In this document: positions 28,454-36,985 of the stretch, piece by piece
Position numbering within the stretch: the first letter of the stretch is position 1
Layout: each line of letters opens with the position of its first letter
Assembly (NCBI GenBank): GCA_040081795.1
Contig: JBEBFV010000003.1
Span: 1 to 45,970, forward strand
Length of the DNA: 45,970 bases
Source: Limisphaerales bacterium
Lineage (GTDB): Bacteria; Verrucomicrobiota; Verrucomicrobiia; Limisphaerales; SXTU01
Reading direction: 5' to 3'
Position numbers and translations under genes: made by a program
Notes under the pieces: model-generated
Seen by the model: the letters and a program-made list of their open reading frames with translations, nothing else
Databases searched by the model: none
Told to the model about the DNA's origin: nothing

Positions 28454-31400
28454 CTATCCCTTCCCGCCCTTCGCCCGCGCCTCCCGAATCATTGCCAAAG
28501 CCTGCTGCGCTTTCTTGGTATGCGGGTTCTCCGACCCCAGCTTGGCCAGATACCCTTGCACCGCCCGATCCGCCAGCGGCTCTGCTCCGGCCAAATCGCC
28601 CTTGGTCGCCATTAGGCTGGCCAGATTGTTCAGACTCATCAGCGTGTTTGGGTGCTCCGGGCCGAGGGTGCGCTCGAGGGTGGCCAGCGCGCGCCGATGC
28701 AGCGGCTCCGCCCCAGCCAGGTCGCCCTTGTCCTTCAGCAGGGTGGCCAGATTGTTCAGGCTCGACACCGTGGCAGGATGTTCCGGCCCCAGCGTGCGCT
28801 CACGAACAGCCAGTGCGCGCCGACACAGCGGCTCCGCCCCGGCCAAGTCGCCCTTGCCTAATAGCAGGTTGGCCAGATTGTTCAGGCTCGACAGCGTGGC
28901 GGGGTGCTCCGGCCCCAGCGTGCGCTCGCAGGCCGCCAGCACGCGCTGAAACAGCGGCTCCGCCCCGGCCAGGTCGCCCTTGCCTTTCAGCAGGACGGCC
29001 AGATTGTTCAGGCTCGACAGCGTGTCGGGATGCTCCGGCCCCAGCGTATGCTCGCGGACCGTCAGCGCGCGCCGATGCAGTGGCTCCGCCCCGGCCAAGT
29101 CGCCCTTGGCTGATAGCAGGCCGGCCAGATTGTTCAGGCTCCCCAGCGTGCCGAAATGCTCCGGCCCCAGCGTGCGCTCGCAGGCCGCCAGCGCGCGACG
29201 ATGCAGCGGCTCGGCAAGTGCATAGTTCCCCATCTGTGCGTGGATAATGGCGATGCATTCCTGTTCGGCGGAAAGCTCGCACCGCTCCTTGGATTCCGAC
29301 TGGCGGATCATCCCCAGCAGGCTGCCCCAGTGCGGTTGGAGGGCGGCATAGCGCGCCGGCCCGCCGGGCACGGCGTGGTTTTCATAACAACGCTTCAAGT
29401 CCTTCCACCACCAAGCGCGCCATACGCGGATTATGGCTCTGCGTCGAGGTAGTCCGATTGGCGCCCTACCGTCACCGACGCGCTGCCGCGCGTTCTGGTC
29501 GAGCGGCAGGTCGGCTCCGCCAGACCGAATGCCCAAATTGACAGACCATTGGTCACGCGCCCACTCCCCGAGCAGGGAATGCGTCAACTGCCAAGCGGGT
29601 TCGGTTTGCCCAATTTGCTCACTCGGAAACTGACTCCCCTCCGCGAGGCTGTAGTGAACCAGGGCGTTCAGCATGGTTCTGACTGTTTTCTCTGGCTGCT
29701 CCAGCACGCCGCACAGAACGGCCAGTGGCACGGGCGCGTGACCATGCAGCGCCAGCCCAAACCACGCCTCCAGAGCTTTCTTGTGCTTCCGGACGACGGC
29801 TTCGGCGCTATGTTGGAAGAGCAGATGGAGATTTGCTTTCTGTTTGTCCTCAGCAGCCCAGTCCCCAAACCGCTCGGTTTGCAGACGGTCGGCAAATTCC
29901 TTTAGCGGTTCACTCTGGTTTTGCATCCACGCGCCCGCGAGACGCAGGGCGAGCGGATGTCGCCCAAGCTCACCAGCCAGTTTCCTCCAGGGTTCCCGCA
30001 TGGCGTCGTCGTCGGGGAGGCTGGCCTGGAGCGCATGGTTGTGGAGCAACTGCGCGGCGTCCTCGATGGCAAGCGGGTGGACTACATACGGGTGGGCGTC
30101 ACCGCGCTTTTGCTTGTCGCGCGTTGTGAGGAGGACACGGACCTGCCCAGTAAGCTCAAGTAGTAGGGAGAGTTCATCGGCCTTCTCACAGCCTTCGAGG
30201 TAGAGGAGCACGCCCGACCGGCTAAAGAGGCGGCGGACCTCGGCGGTGGGATCAGTGACCGTGCGCAGGTCCACACCCGCCTGCCCGAGCAGCCCCGCGA
30301 GGGCGGCTTGGTGCCCGCTCTGCCGGTAGTAGTCGTGGATGTAGATGCCGCCGGGATAGCGGGACTCCGCACCGGGCGTCGGCGCAAGTTTGAAGAGCAC
30401 TTCCGCCGCGAGGGCGGTTTTTCCCATGCCACCGGGGCCAACCAGCGCGATACGTTGGTATTGGTCGAGCAACTTGGCCATGTCGCGCAACTCGTCCGCA
30501 CGTCCAGTGAACCCGACGGAGCGCGGCGGCGGGTTCCAAGGGAGGATTTTGGGCTGAGTCAAACCAACAGCCTCATGGAAGGTCGCCTTGAGTTCCTCCT
30601 TTGCACTTCCTACGACCTCCTCCACATGCTTCCGCGACTGGCGATGTTGTTGAGCGTTGTCCTCTATGACCAACTCAACTGCGGCAACCAAGTCATCGGA
30701 GAGCGTGGGGCGCAGCAGAGCCAGCAGAGCAGGATTGTTTTTCTGGATTTCGGCAAACACGCGCTGAATGACATTATCAAGGAGCGCAGTGCCGGGGTGT
30801 TCGGCGTCTGCCGCCCGCCGCTCCAAAGCCTCGCGCAGCAGAGCAAGCTGCGCGGAGATTAGTTTCAACTCGGCGGACTGCGTCGCGAGCTGCGCGGACT
30901 GCTCGTCGAGCTTGGCATTGGCTTGGCTGAGGAGTTCGCGCGTGCGCTTGTGCAGCCCACCCTGAAAGGCAATCCAAGCGCGTTCGTTCTTCTTAAGCTC
31001 GTCCCACAAATGCACCTCGAAGACGGGCGGGAACTGCTCGGCAAACCACTTGCCCGACACCGACAAAGCCCGGAAGAAGTGCGCGCTCAGTGGGAGTTCG
31101 CCTGTGCGCGCACCCGTGAGCTGCGGGTTCGGTTCCAAGTCCGCAAAGGCGCGGATGGCGGACTGGTCGAGGGTTTCAATCCAGTCGGCAATCGTCTGCG
31201 AGGCGGGATTGTCGCCATGATTTTTGAGCCAGCCCTCGCACTGCTGTGCGAACTCAGCAAGAACCTGCTCGGTGTCCCTGCTCCCGCGCTGCTCAAGTGG
31301 CAATTCCTGCCAGTCCTTAATCAACGCGACCAGCGTGCGGGTCGTCGCACGGGTCAGGGCGTGCTCCAGATCGTGGTTGAGGCCCGTCGTGGTGTGATGG

Positions 31401-31642
31401 TCCGGCTCGTGGGGGAAGAGCTTCTTGACGTTGCGCTCCTCGAGGCACTTCTCATAGATAGTGAGACCTCCTCCGACTATGGCCAGCGCGACGCCCGCCG
31501 CGGGACCTAGAGCTGCGGTGGTGGCGATCAGTCCCTCTGCGGAAGTGGCAGCGTGCGCCAGCTGCTTAATGCCACTAAACAAGCCGACGTCCATGAGCAG
31601 CTTGGCGAAGCCGTGGCCGGAGGACGGAGGTTGCCCGCTCAT
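28454..31642 (-). CDS. NLR-like STAND (NB-ARC-type) NTPase with C-terminal TPR array and uncharacterised N-terminal domain
   Basis: FTGRADEL, Walker A GPGGMGKT, Walker B-like VLLYLEGCE, VLLTTR, GRHPLAL, HSLL, and 42-aa kinesin-light-chain-type TPRs (LGPEHP-TL-SLNNLA). Confidence 0.9.
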   Translation of the reverse strand: MSGQPPSSGHGFAKLLMDVGLFSGIKQLAHAATSAEGLIATTAALGPAAGVALAIVGGGLTIYEKCLEERNVKKLFPHEPDHHTTTGLNHDLEHALTRATTRTLVALIKDWQELPLEQRGSRDTEQVLAEFAQQCEGWLKNHGDNPASQTIADWIETLDQSAIRAFADLEPNPQLTGARTGELPLSAHFFRALSVSGKWFAEQFPPVFEVHLWDELKKNERAWIAFQGGLHKRTRELLSQANAKLDEQSAQLATQSAELKLISAQLALLREALERRAADAEHPGTALLDNVIQRVFAEIQKNNPALLALLRPTLSDDLVAAVELVIEDNAQQHRQSRKHVEEVVGSAKEELKATFHEAVGLTQPKILPWNPPPRSVGFTGRADELRDMAKLLDQYQRIALVGPGGMGKTALAAEVLFKLAPTPGAESRYPGGIYIHDYYRQSGHQAALAGLLGQAGVDLRTVTDPTAEVRRLFSRSGVLLYLEGCEKADELSLLLELTGQVRVLLTTRDKQKRGDAHPYVVHPLAIEDAAQLLHNHALQASLPDDDAMREPWRKLAGELGRHPLALRLAGAWMQNQSEPLKEFADRLQTERFGDWAAEDKQKANLHLLFQHSAEAVVRKHKKALEAWFGLALHGHAPVPLAVLCGVLEQPEKTVRTMLNALVHYSLAEGSQFPSEQIGQTEPAWQLTHSLLGEWARDQWSVNLGIRSGGADLPLDQNARQRVGDGRAPIGLPRRRAIIRVWRAWWWKDLKRCYENHAVPGGPARYAALQPHWGSLLGMIRQSESKERCELSAEQECIAIIHAQMGNYALAEPLHRRALAACERTLGPEHFGTLGSLNNLAGLLSAKGDLAGAEPLHRRALTVREHTLGPEHPDTLSSLNNLAVLLKGKGDLAGAEPLFQRVLAACERTLGPEHPATLSSLNNLANLLLGKGDLAGAEPLCRRALAVRERTLGPEHPATVSSLNNLATLLKDKGDLAGAEPLHRRALATLERTLGPEHPNTLMSLNNLASLMATKGDLAGAEPLADRAVQGYLAKLGSENPHTKKAQQALAMIREARAKGGKG
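28601..29230 (-). repeat. Five tandem 126-bp coding repeats (42-aa TPRs); a degenerate sixth follows below 28600
   Basis: Near-identical units containing cagattgttcaggctc...ctccggccccagcgtgcgctc with 126-bp period. Confidence 0.92.
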
Positions 31643-31751
31643 GATGGTTATGAAAGTAGAGATACAATGCTGTGCCGACAATTTGTAAATGGCTCACGGT
31701 CACGGGGACTTCACATGGAATATCGCGGGGCGTTTGTAGGAGCCGGCGGCT

Positions 31752-32831
31752 TCAAGCCGCGTTCGCTTCACAGCGTCCGCTCGATGCCAGCGGCAGGTTT
31801 TCAATCGCTACCCGGTCGAAAACGAGTTCGTCCGTCGCTTCATCGGCGCACTCCCTCCACAGGGCAGCCACGCGGGCCTTGTGCGCTGCCTTCTGGCGCG
31901 TCGCCTTGGGCACGGCGATGCACCGGCGGCGAGCGCGCGCGTCGAGGATGCCCATGTAGTCAAGCTGGTGGCGCGAGTGGCAGTTCACGTCGTAGCCCTG
32001 GAAGAACTCCACCACATTTTCGTTCAACTCCGGCACGTATTCGCGTTCGTTCAGCACGGCCACCGGCCAGGCACTCAGGTATGGCTTCACCAAGTCCAGC
32101 GGCTTTACCAAGTAGCCCAGCACCCGCGCGAAGTCGCCCACCGTGGACAACGGGTGGGTTCGGGTGCTGACTTCAAGCTCGACGCGTTCGGCCTCATCCG
32201 TGAGCCACTCGCCGGTGCCCCAATCAGGCGTGAGGCCCCGGTGGGCCAAGACGAGCTGCTTAACCTGCTCGATGTGCCCAGCGGTGAAATCCTCGGCGGC
32301 AATCAGGAAGTGGCAGTGGGGCAGCACCACCAGCGGCAGAAGCGACTCGACGTGCAACTCCTCGACCTTGATGGCCCCAAGGAAGCTGCCGTCGTTGACC
32401 AGAGCGCGCACGGCACGGTGGCAGGCATCCCAGTAGAGGCCCATGTCTTCGGCGACGTGGCCTTCCAAGGACAGCAGCCCGCCTTCAAAGCTGATGGTCA
32501 GGAACCACCAACGGGAGCGCGAGAATTGCGTCAGGAAGCGTTCGAGCAGCAATGTGCGCCTCCGGTAGCTGCAATGGGCACAGAGCTTCCAGAGGCCACA
32601 GACGCGGTTACGGATGGAACAGTGGCAGAACTTGCGGCGACGTTCCCAGTCGGACAGCAGCACCAGCCCGGCAGTCTGCGCATAGCGCGGCCCACGGGCG
32701 AACCGCTGCGGGAAGGTTTCCAAACGGTGGTGGATAGCGTCGAGCAGCCAGCGTTGATGAGAAGTGAGGAGCCGACGGTGACGAGTGATCTCGTCGAGGT
32801 CGGTGGCGTTGAGGTGGTGGACAGAGCGCAT
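31752..32831 (-). CDS. HUH-superfamily rolling-circle replication initiator (Rep)
   Basis: Cys-rich N-terminal region (C...C--WKLCAHC), motif I FLTISF, motif II PHCHFLI (HUH), motif III GYLVKP (YxxK). Confidence 0.8.
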   Translation of the reverse strand: MRSVHHLNATDLDEITRHRRLLTSHQRWLLDAIHHRLETFPQRFARGPRYAQTAGLVLLSDWERRRKFCHCSIRNRVCGLWKLCAHCSYRRRTLLLERFLTQFSRSRWWFLTISFEGGLLSLEGHVAEDMGLYWDACHRAVRALVNDGSFLGAIKVEELHVESLLPLVVLPHCHFLIAAEDFTAGHIEQVKQLVLAHRGLTPDWGTGEWLTDEAERVELEVSTRTHPLSTVGDFARVLGYLVKPLDLVKPYLSAWPVAVLNEREYVPELNENVVEFFQGYDVNCHSRHQLDYMGILDARARRRCIAVPKATRQKAAHKARVAALWRECADEATDELVFDRVAIENLPLASSGRCEANAA

Positions 32832-33080
32832 AGCTGGTAGGGCAGGAGGGGATGACAAAGAATCAAGTGGTGATTGAATCTAATGGAGGGACAGCGGAAC
32901 TGAGCGAGGCCAAGCCAGAGGCCCCGGCGTGGCCGGGCAAGCCGACGGGCACGACGGCGGACGCGTCGAGGCAGCCGTGGAAAATAAAAAGTTGAGCCGG
33001 AAGGTTGGCTCGTGGTGCGCAGGCCGGGCCGTGGCACTGAACCGGAGAAGGCTGAAAACCGCCTAAAATGCCACCGACCG

Positions 33081-33101
33081 TGTGACGGTCATGTGACGGT
33101 G
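33081..33101 (+). promoter_or_regulatory. Putative integrase arm-type sites (right end), tandem TGTGACGGT
   Basis: tgtgacggt at 33081-33089 and 33092-33100. 13-bp identity with 7010-7022. Confidence 0.6.
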
Positions 33102-33125
33102 CACACCTAAGTGCTTGGAAGAGAA

Positions 33126-33201
33126 TGGTGGCTGCGGCCGGAATTGAACCGGCGACACGCGGATTTTCAATCCGCTGCTCTACCAACTGAGCTACACAGC
33201 C
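33126..33201 (-). tRNA. tRNA-Phe (GAA)
   Basis: 76 nt GGCTGTGTAGCTCAGTTGGTAGAGCAGCGGATTGAAAATCCGCGTGTCGCCGGTTCAATTCCGGCCGCAGCCACCA. Cloverleaf, anticodon GAA, encoded CCA. Confidence 0.98.
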
Positions 33202-33291
33202 AAACTAATTATCCTGCAACTACTTGCAGTGAAAACGATACTGCGAAAAACTTCCAGTTGTCACCCGAAAATGTCACCGTATGCTTCAGGG

Positions 33292-34383
33292 ATGGCTTCC
33301 GACCAGCCCCCGAGCAACGACGCACCTCGCACCCCTGTCTTCGACAAGGTTGGTGAGAACTTGTATCGCCACCGTTCATCTCGGACATATTACGCGCTGC
33401 TAAAAAGGGCCGACAAGCAATTTCGCCGGTCCCTGAAGACTCAGGACCGCGCACTGGCCCTGCGGCGCTTGGCGGAACTCCGGGGGAAAATCGGCGCCCT
33501 CTCGACCTCGGAGGACAGCCGGTTGCCGTGGGCGAAGATCGCAACGAAGTGGCTGGACACGGTCCGGCACACGATGAAAGCCACCTCTGCCAAGCGGCGG
33601 CAGAACTGCATCGGCAACATGGTCCCGTATTTCAGCGACACCCCGATTCGGAATCTCAAACCTGCGGACTGCGATGCCTGGCTTCAAGATCGCGGCAAGA
33701 CGATCTCGGCATCGTCCTTCGCACATGAGCTGGGCACAATGAATCTGGTGTTCGGGTTCGCCATCAAGCGGGGCCTTTTGCTTTTCAACCCGGCGAGCCA
33801 CGTCGAGCGCAAACCGTTCGAGAAGTATGAAATCCAGGTGCCCAGCCGCGATCAGTTCAAAAAGCTGATTGCGGCGATGCGCGACGCGGACGGCACTTTT
33901 GGCACGCAAGGCAAAGGAAGCGACGCAGCCGACTTCGTGGAACTGCTCGCCTACTCCGGTTGCCGCCAAGCTGAAGCGTCTGCGCTGCGCTGGGGTGAAG
34001 CCGACCTTGATGAAGGGATCCTGACGATCAACGGAACCAAGAGCGAATCCAGTAAGCGCCAGATTCCGATGACGGTGGCCTTGCGCGAGCTGCTGGGCCG
34101 CATGAAAGCCGACCGACACCCGCAGCCGGACGAGGTCATCAGCTTGATCAAGGACGCCAAGAAGTCCCTCGCGACGACCTGTCGGAAACTCGGCTTGCCT
34201 CATTTCACCCACCACGACTTCCGCCATTTCTTCGCAACCACGTGCATCGAGGCAGGCGTGGACATTCCGACCGTCTCCCGGTGGCTCGGACACAAGGACG
34301 GCGGCGCACTCGCCATGCGGGTCTATGGCCACTTGCGTGTGCAACATTCTACCGAGATGGCAAAGAAGGTGAGCTTCGGTTAG
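33292..34383 (+). CDS. Tyrosine integrase of the second element
   Basis: N-terminal FDKVGENLYR...YYALLK...RRSLKT domain, YSGCRQAE, HHDFRH, WLGHKDGG, VYGH. Confidence 0.93.
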   Translation: MASDQPPSNDAPRTPVFDKVGENLYRHRSSRTYYALLKRADKQFRRSLKTQDRALALRRLAELRGKIGALSTSEDSRLPWAKIATKWLDTVRHTMKATSAKRRQNCIGNMVPYFSDTPIRNLKPADCDAWLQDRGKTISASSFAHELGTMNLVFGFAIKRGLLLFNPASHVERKPFEKYEIQVPSRDQFKKLIAAMRDADGTFGTQGKGSDAADFVELLAYSGCRQAEASALRWGEADLDEGILTINGTKSESSKRQIPMTVALRELLGRMKADRHPQPDEVISLIKDAKKSLATTCRKLGLPHFTHHDFRHFFATTCIEAGVDIPTVSRWLGHKDGGALAMRVYGHLRVQHSTEMAKKVSFG

Positions 34384-34579
34384 CCGGGGTCAGCAGAACG
34401 AATCCTTGCCGCTGTCGGTTGGCGAGCTCGCGGACCACCCGCAACAGCCACTCCTGTTGTGCCATAAACCCATGAAGGACGGCTACGCTGCTTCTTCCCC
34501 GTCACGGCCGTGATCTCCTGCCGCTGGCGGGAGCGGCTTTCCTCACGGGTTCACGTTGGTTCATTCACAGGAGAAAACG

Positions 34580-35260
34580 ATGAGTTCCCACGCCGATAAC
34601 ATCCTCACCGATGAAATTGTTCCCCGCCTCCGCACCATGATCCCACACAAGGTTTCCTTCGTGGGTTCCGAGGACGCCGAGGAGGTGTTGCAGGACGCAA
34701 CCTTGATGGCCGCCCGATTGCTCGCCCGGACCCGTGCCAACGGCAAAACCGTGACGCCTGGCAACATCGCCTACTACACCATGCTGCACGTCCGCTCCGG
34801 GCGGCGCAGCCACAGTGCGAGTCGCAGCGACGTCATGGGCACGCGCACGCAGATTGTCGGCAACAGCCGCGTGCAGTCCATGGAGGCTCCGCTGGCTCCC
34901 GATGACGAAGCCCCGGACGACATGTTCACGCTTGGCGACGTGCTTGCCAGTGAAGCCGAAGATCCGTCGGAGACGGCGGCGCGCAACCTGGACTGGCAGG
35001 CATTTGCCGCCACGCTGGACGAGCGGGATCTGGCGGTGCTGGAGTGCTTGGCCGGCGAAGTCCGCCTTCAAGAGGTGGCGACGCGCCATGGTGTTGGCCG
35101 CAGCACCGTCCAGACCTGGCGCAACCGGCTCACGGAGCTGGTGCGTTCGTTCATGGGCGCGGACGCGCTGCGGCAGTTGCCGCGCGTGCCGGTCTGGCGG
35201 GATAGCCTCCGGGCGTTCCACGAACAACTCGCGTGCAAGCTGGATCGCCGGGTGGCGTAG
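34580..35260 (+). CDS. Putative sigma-factor-like/HTH DNA-binding protein
   Basis: AGGAG RBS, EDAEEVLQDA (region-2-like) and C-terminal LDERDLAVL...LQEVATRHGVGRSTVQTWRNRL (region-4 HTH-like). Confidence 0.65.
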   Translation: MSSHADNILTDEIVPRLRTMIPHKVSFVGSEDAEEVLQDATLMAARLLARTRANGKTVTPGNIAYYTMLHVRSGRRSHSASRSDVMGTRTQIVGNSRVQSMEAPLAPDDEAPDDMFTLGDVLASEAEDPSETAARNLDWQAFAATLDERDLAVLECLAGEVRLQEVATRHGVGRSTVQTWRNRLTELVRSFMGADALRQLPRVPVWRDSLRAFHEQLACKLDRRVA

Positions 35261-35350
35261 AGCGAACCTTGCCTCGCGTCCAAATTCAGCGCATCAACCT
35301 GCTGGCGCAGACGGGGTCCAACCCCCCGTCCGCGAGCGGCCGTCACCACC

Positions 35351-35962
35351 ATGATCTCCAAATTGCTCTCGAAGGCCGGGGATGCGTTCTCGGACTGGAC
35401 TGGCTACGCCGCGACGCGCGTGCCTCTGAGCCGGGCCAGCGGGCCGGACGAGGTGACCCTTGGCCTGCCGGGGTATTGCCAGCTCGACAGTTACGGCTGC
35501 GGCGTGGTTGCCGGTGTCATGGCGCTGAAACACTTCAAGCCGCGCGCCAGCTTCAGTGCGTTTTACGCGCGCGTGAGTCCGCACGCGGAGCATGGCACGC
35601 CCACGTCCCGCCTCATCGGTGCGCTCCAGCGCAGCGGCCTGCGCGTCACGGAACGCGACGGCCTGACCTTCGCCGACCTGTGCGCGGCGATTGATGCGGG
35701 TAGCCCGGTCATCGTCGCCATCCAGAATCCTGGCGCGGACGTCGCGCATTGGGTGACGGTGTATGGCTACGGTCTGGAACCCGACCGCGTGTTCCTTGCC
35801 ACCAACGGCTTTCCGTTCGTGGCGACGAATGTGTTCCCGCTCCGCCAGTTCGCGCGCATCTGGTCTCCCCACGGAAACGGCCTCCTCTGCGCCGCACCGA
35901 AACGGGCGGCTCGCCCGACACGCCCGGCGCGCAAGGCCCGGCGCGTGGCAGCCCTCAAGTAG
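35351..35962 (+). CDS. C39-like papain-fold cysteine peptidase
   Basis: YCQLDSYGCG (Q...C), GTP---LI, AIDAGSPVIV, HWVTVYGY, VFLATNG. Confidence 0.75.
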   Translation: MISKLLSKAGDAFSDWTGYAATRVPLSRASGPDEVTLGLPGYCQLDSYGCGVVAGVMALKHFKPRASFSAFYARVSPHAEHGTPTSRLIGALQRSGLRVTERDGLTFADLCAAIDAGSPVIVAIQNPGADVAHWVTVYGYGLEPDRVFLATNGFPFVATNVFPLRQFARIWSPHGNGLLCAAPKRAARPTRPARKARRVAALK

Positions 35963-36030
35963 TCCTCTCTCTTAGGAGGACGTTCCCGCCGGGCAGCGCT
36001 GTGCTGTCCCGGCCCAACCCAAACCTCACC

Positions 36031-36276
36031 ATGTCGAAATCAGTCACCAAGAAACCCAAATCCACACGCAAGAAATTGTTCCCTCGCAAACACCAGATGC
36101 TCCGGCGCGTGCTGATCGGCCTGGGCATCGGCATCGCCGCCATCACCGCCATCATCGCCACGCTGCACTGCCTGCCGCTGTTCATCGCGCTGTTGTCCGC
36201 GCTCGGCCTGTGTGCGGCCATCGCCATTGCCCGGCGGCTCGCTGACCTCAGCTCACTTCACCTTTCCATCGCGTGA
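36031..36276 (+). CDS. Small membrane protein (basic N-terminus, two TM helices)
   Basis: K/R-rich start followed by two hydrophobic segments. Confidence 0.55.
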   Translation: MSKSVTKKPKSTRKKLFPRKHQMLRRVLIGLGIGIAAITAIIATLHCLPLFIALLSALGLCAAIAIARRLADLSSLHLSIA

Positions 36277-36541
36277 ACCGCTTGGTGTCGGGCAGCGGCC
36301 TGCGCCAATGGGCCAAGGGCCGGGCGCGTCCGGCTATCTCACCCGCCGCTCCAGAGCGAAAGCTCCGGAAGCTGGCGGCGTGAGCAGAAAGGGAATCCGC
36401 CTCGCAGCGGATCCCATTTTTACCTCGCCGTTCCGCACCCGGCTTGGAATGCCTGCGTCGTCGCCGCGAGGCGCGGCAGGTGGTTACAGCTCGTGCATCA
36501 ACGGAGGCGTGCCGGGCTTCAGACGAACGACTGACGTTCGT

Positions 36542-36784
36542 ATGAAGCTCAAGCCGAACCACCCCAGATGTCCTTGCTGCAAGCGACCGTTCATTCCTGA
36601 CCCGAGAAATCGTTATCACCAAAAATTCTGCTCGAAAGCCCTGTGTCAGAAGGTCAGCAAAGCAGCGAGCCAACAGCAATGGGGTGCCCGGTCAGGCTAC
36701 TGGCGCGGCGAGGTGAACAAAAAGCATGTGCGCGACTGGCGCGAAGAACACCCCCAATACTGGAAGCGCGGCAAGCGCCGCTGA
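36542..36784 (+). CDS. Small Cys-rich (Zn-finger-like) protein, possibly truncated
   Basis: CPCCKRPFIPDPRNRYHQKFCSKALC...VRDWREEHPQYW. Confidence 0.6.
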   Translation: MKLKPNHPRCPCCKRPFIPDPRNRYHQKFCSKALCQKVSKAASQQQWGARSGYWRGEVNKKHVRDWREEHPQYWKRGKRR

Positions 36785-36985
36785 CGATTGCGTTACAAGA
36801 TGACATAGCCACGCCACGCGGAGCGGCATACATACGAGGCAGCATTCGCCTCCTTGTTGTGCAAGCGGCCACAGACTGTGAAATGTGGCGGGGGGTCACT
36901 ACTCCTTCGCTGCGCTGCCCCGGACTCGTCCGTCCGGGCTGGCCTCGCACGGTGGCGGCTGGCCAGTTCAAACCGCACTAATTGC

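Larger units (their letters stand above)
6900..33156. mobile_element. ~26-kb integrative genomic (defence) island inserted at the 3' end of tRNA-Phe
   Basis: 31-bp direct repeats, integrase immediately inside the left end, shared arm-like motif tcatgtgacggtg inside both ends, HUH Rep at the right end, defence cargo. Confidence 0.92.

Noticed and set aside
28601-29230. CRISPR array
   Set aside because: The 126-bp period is in frame within a CDS and encodes TPRs. There are no unique spacers and no cas genes.
31737-31761. GTAG-led palindrome (gcggctt-c-aagccgc) at the rep stop as a replication origin or terminator
   Set aside because: Single short copy with no U-tract and no known nick-site consensus that I can recognise.
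32863-33356. ORFs 32863..33186 and 33111..33356
   Set aside because: They overlap the tRNA and att region; spurious translations.
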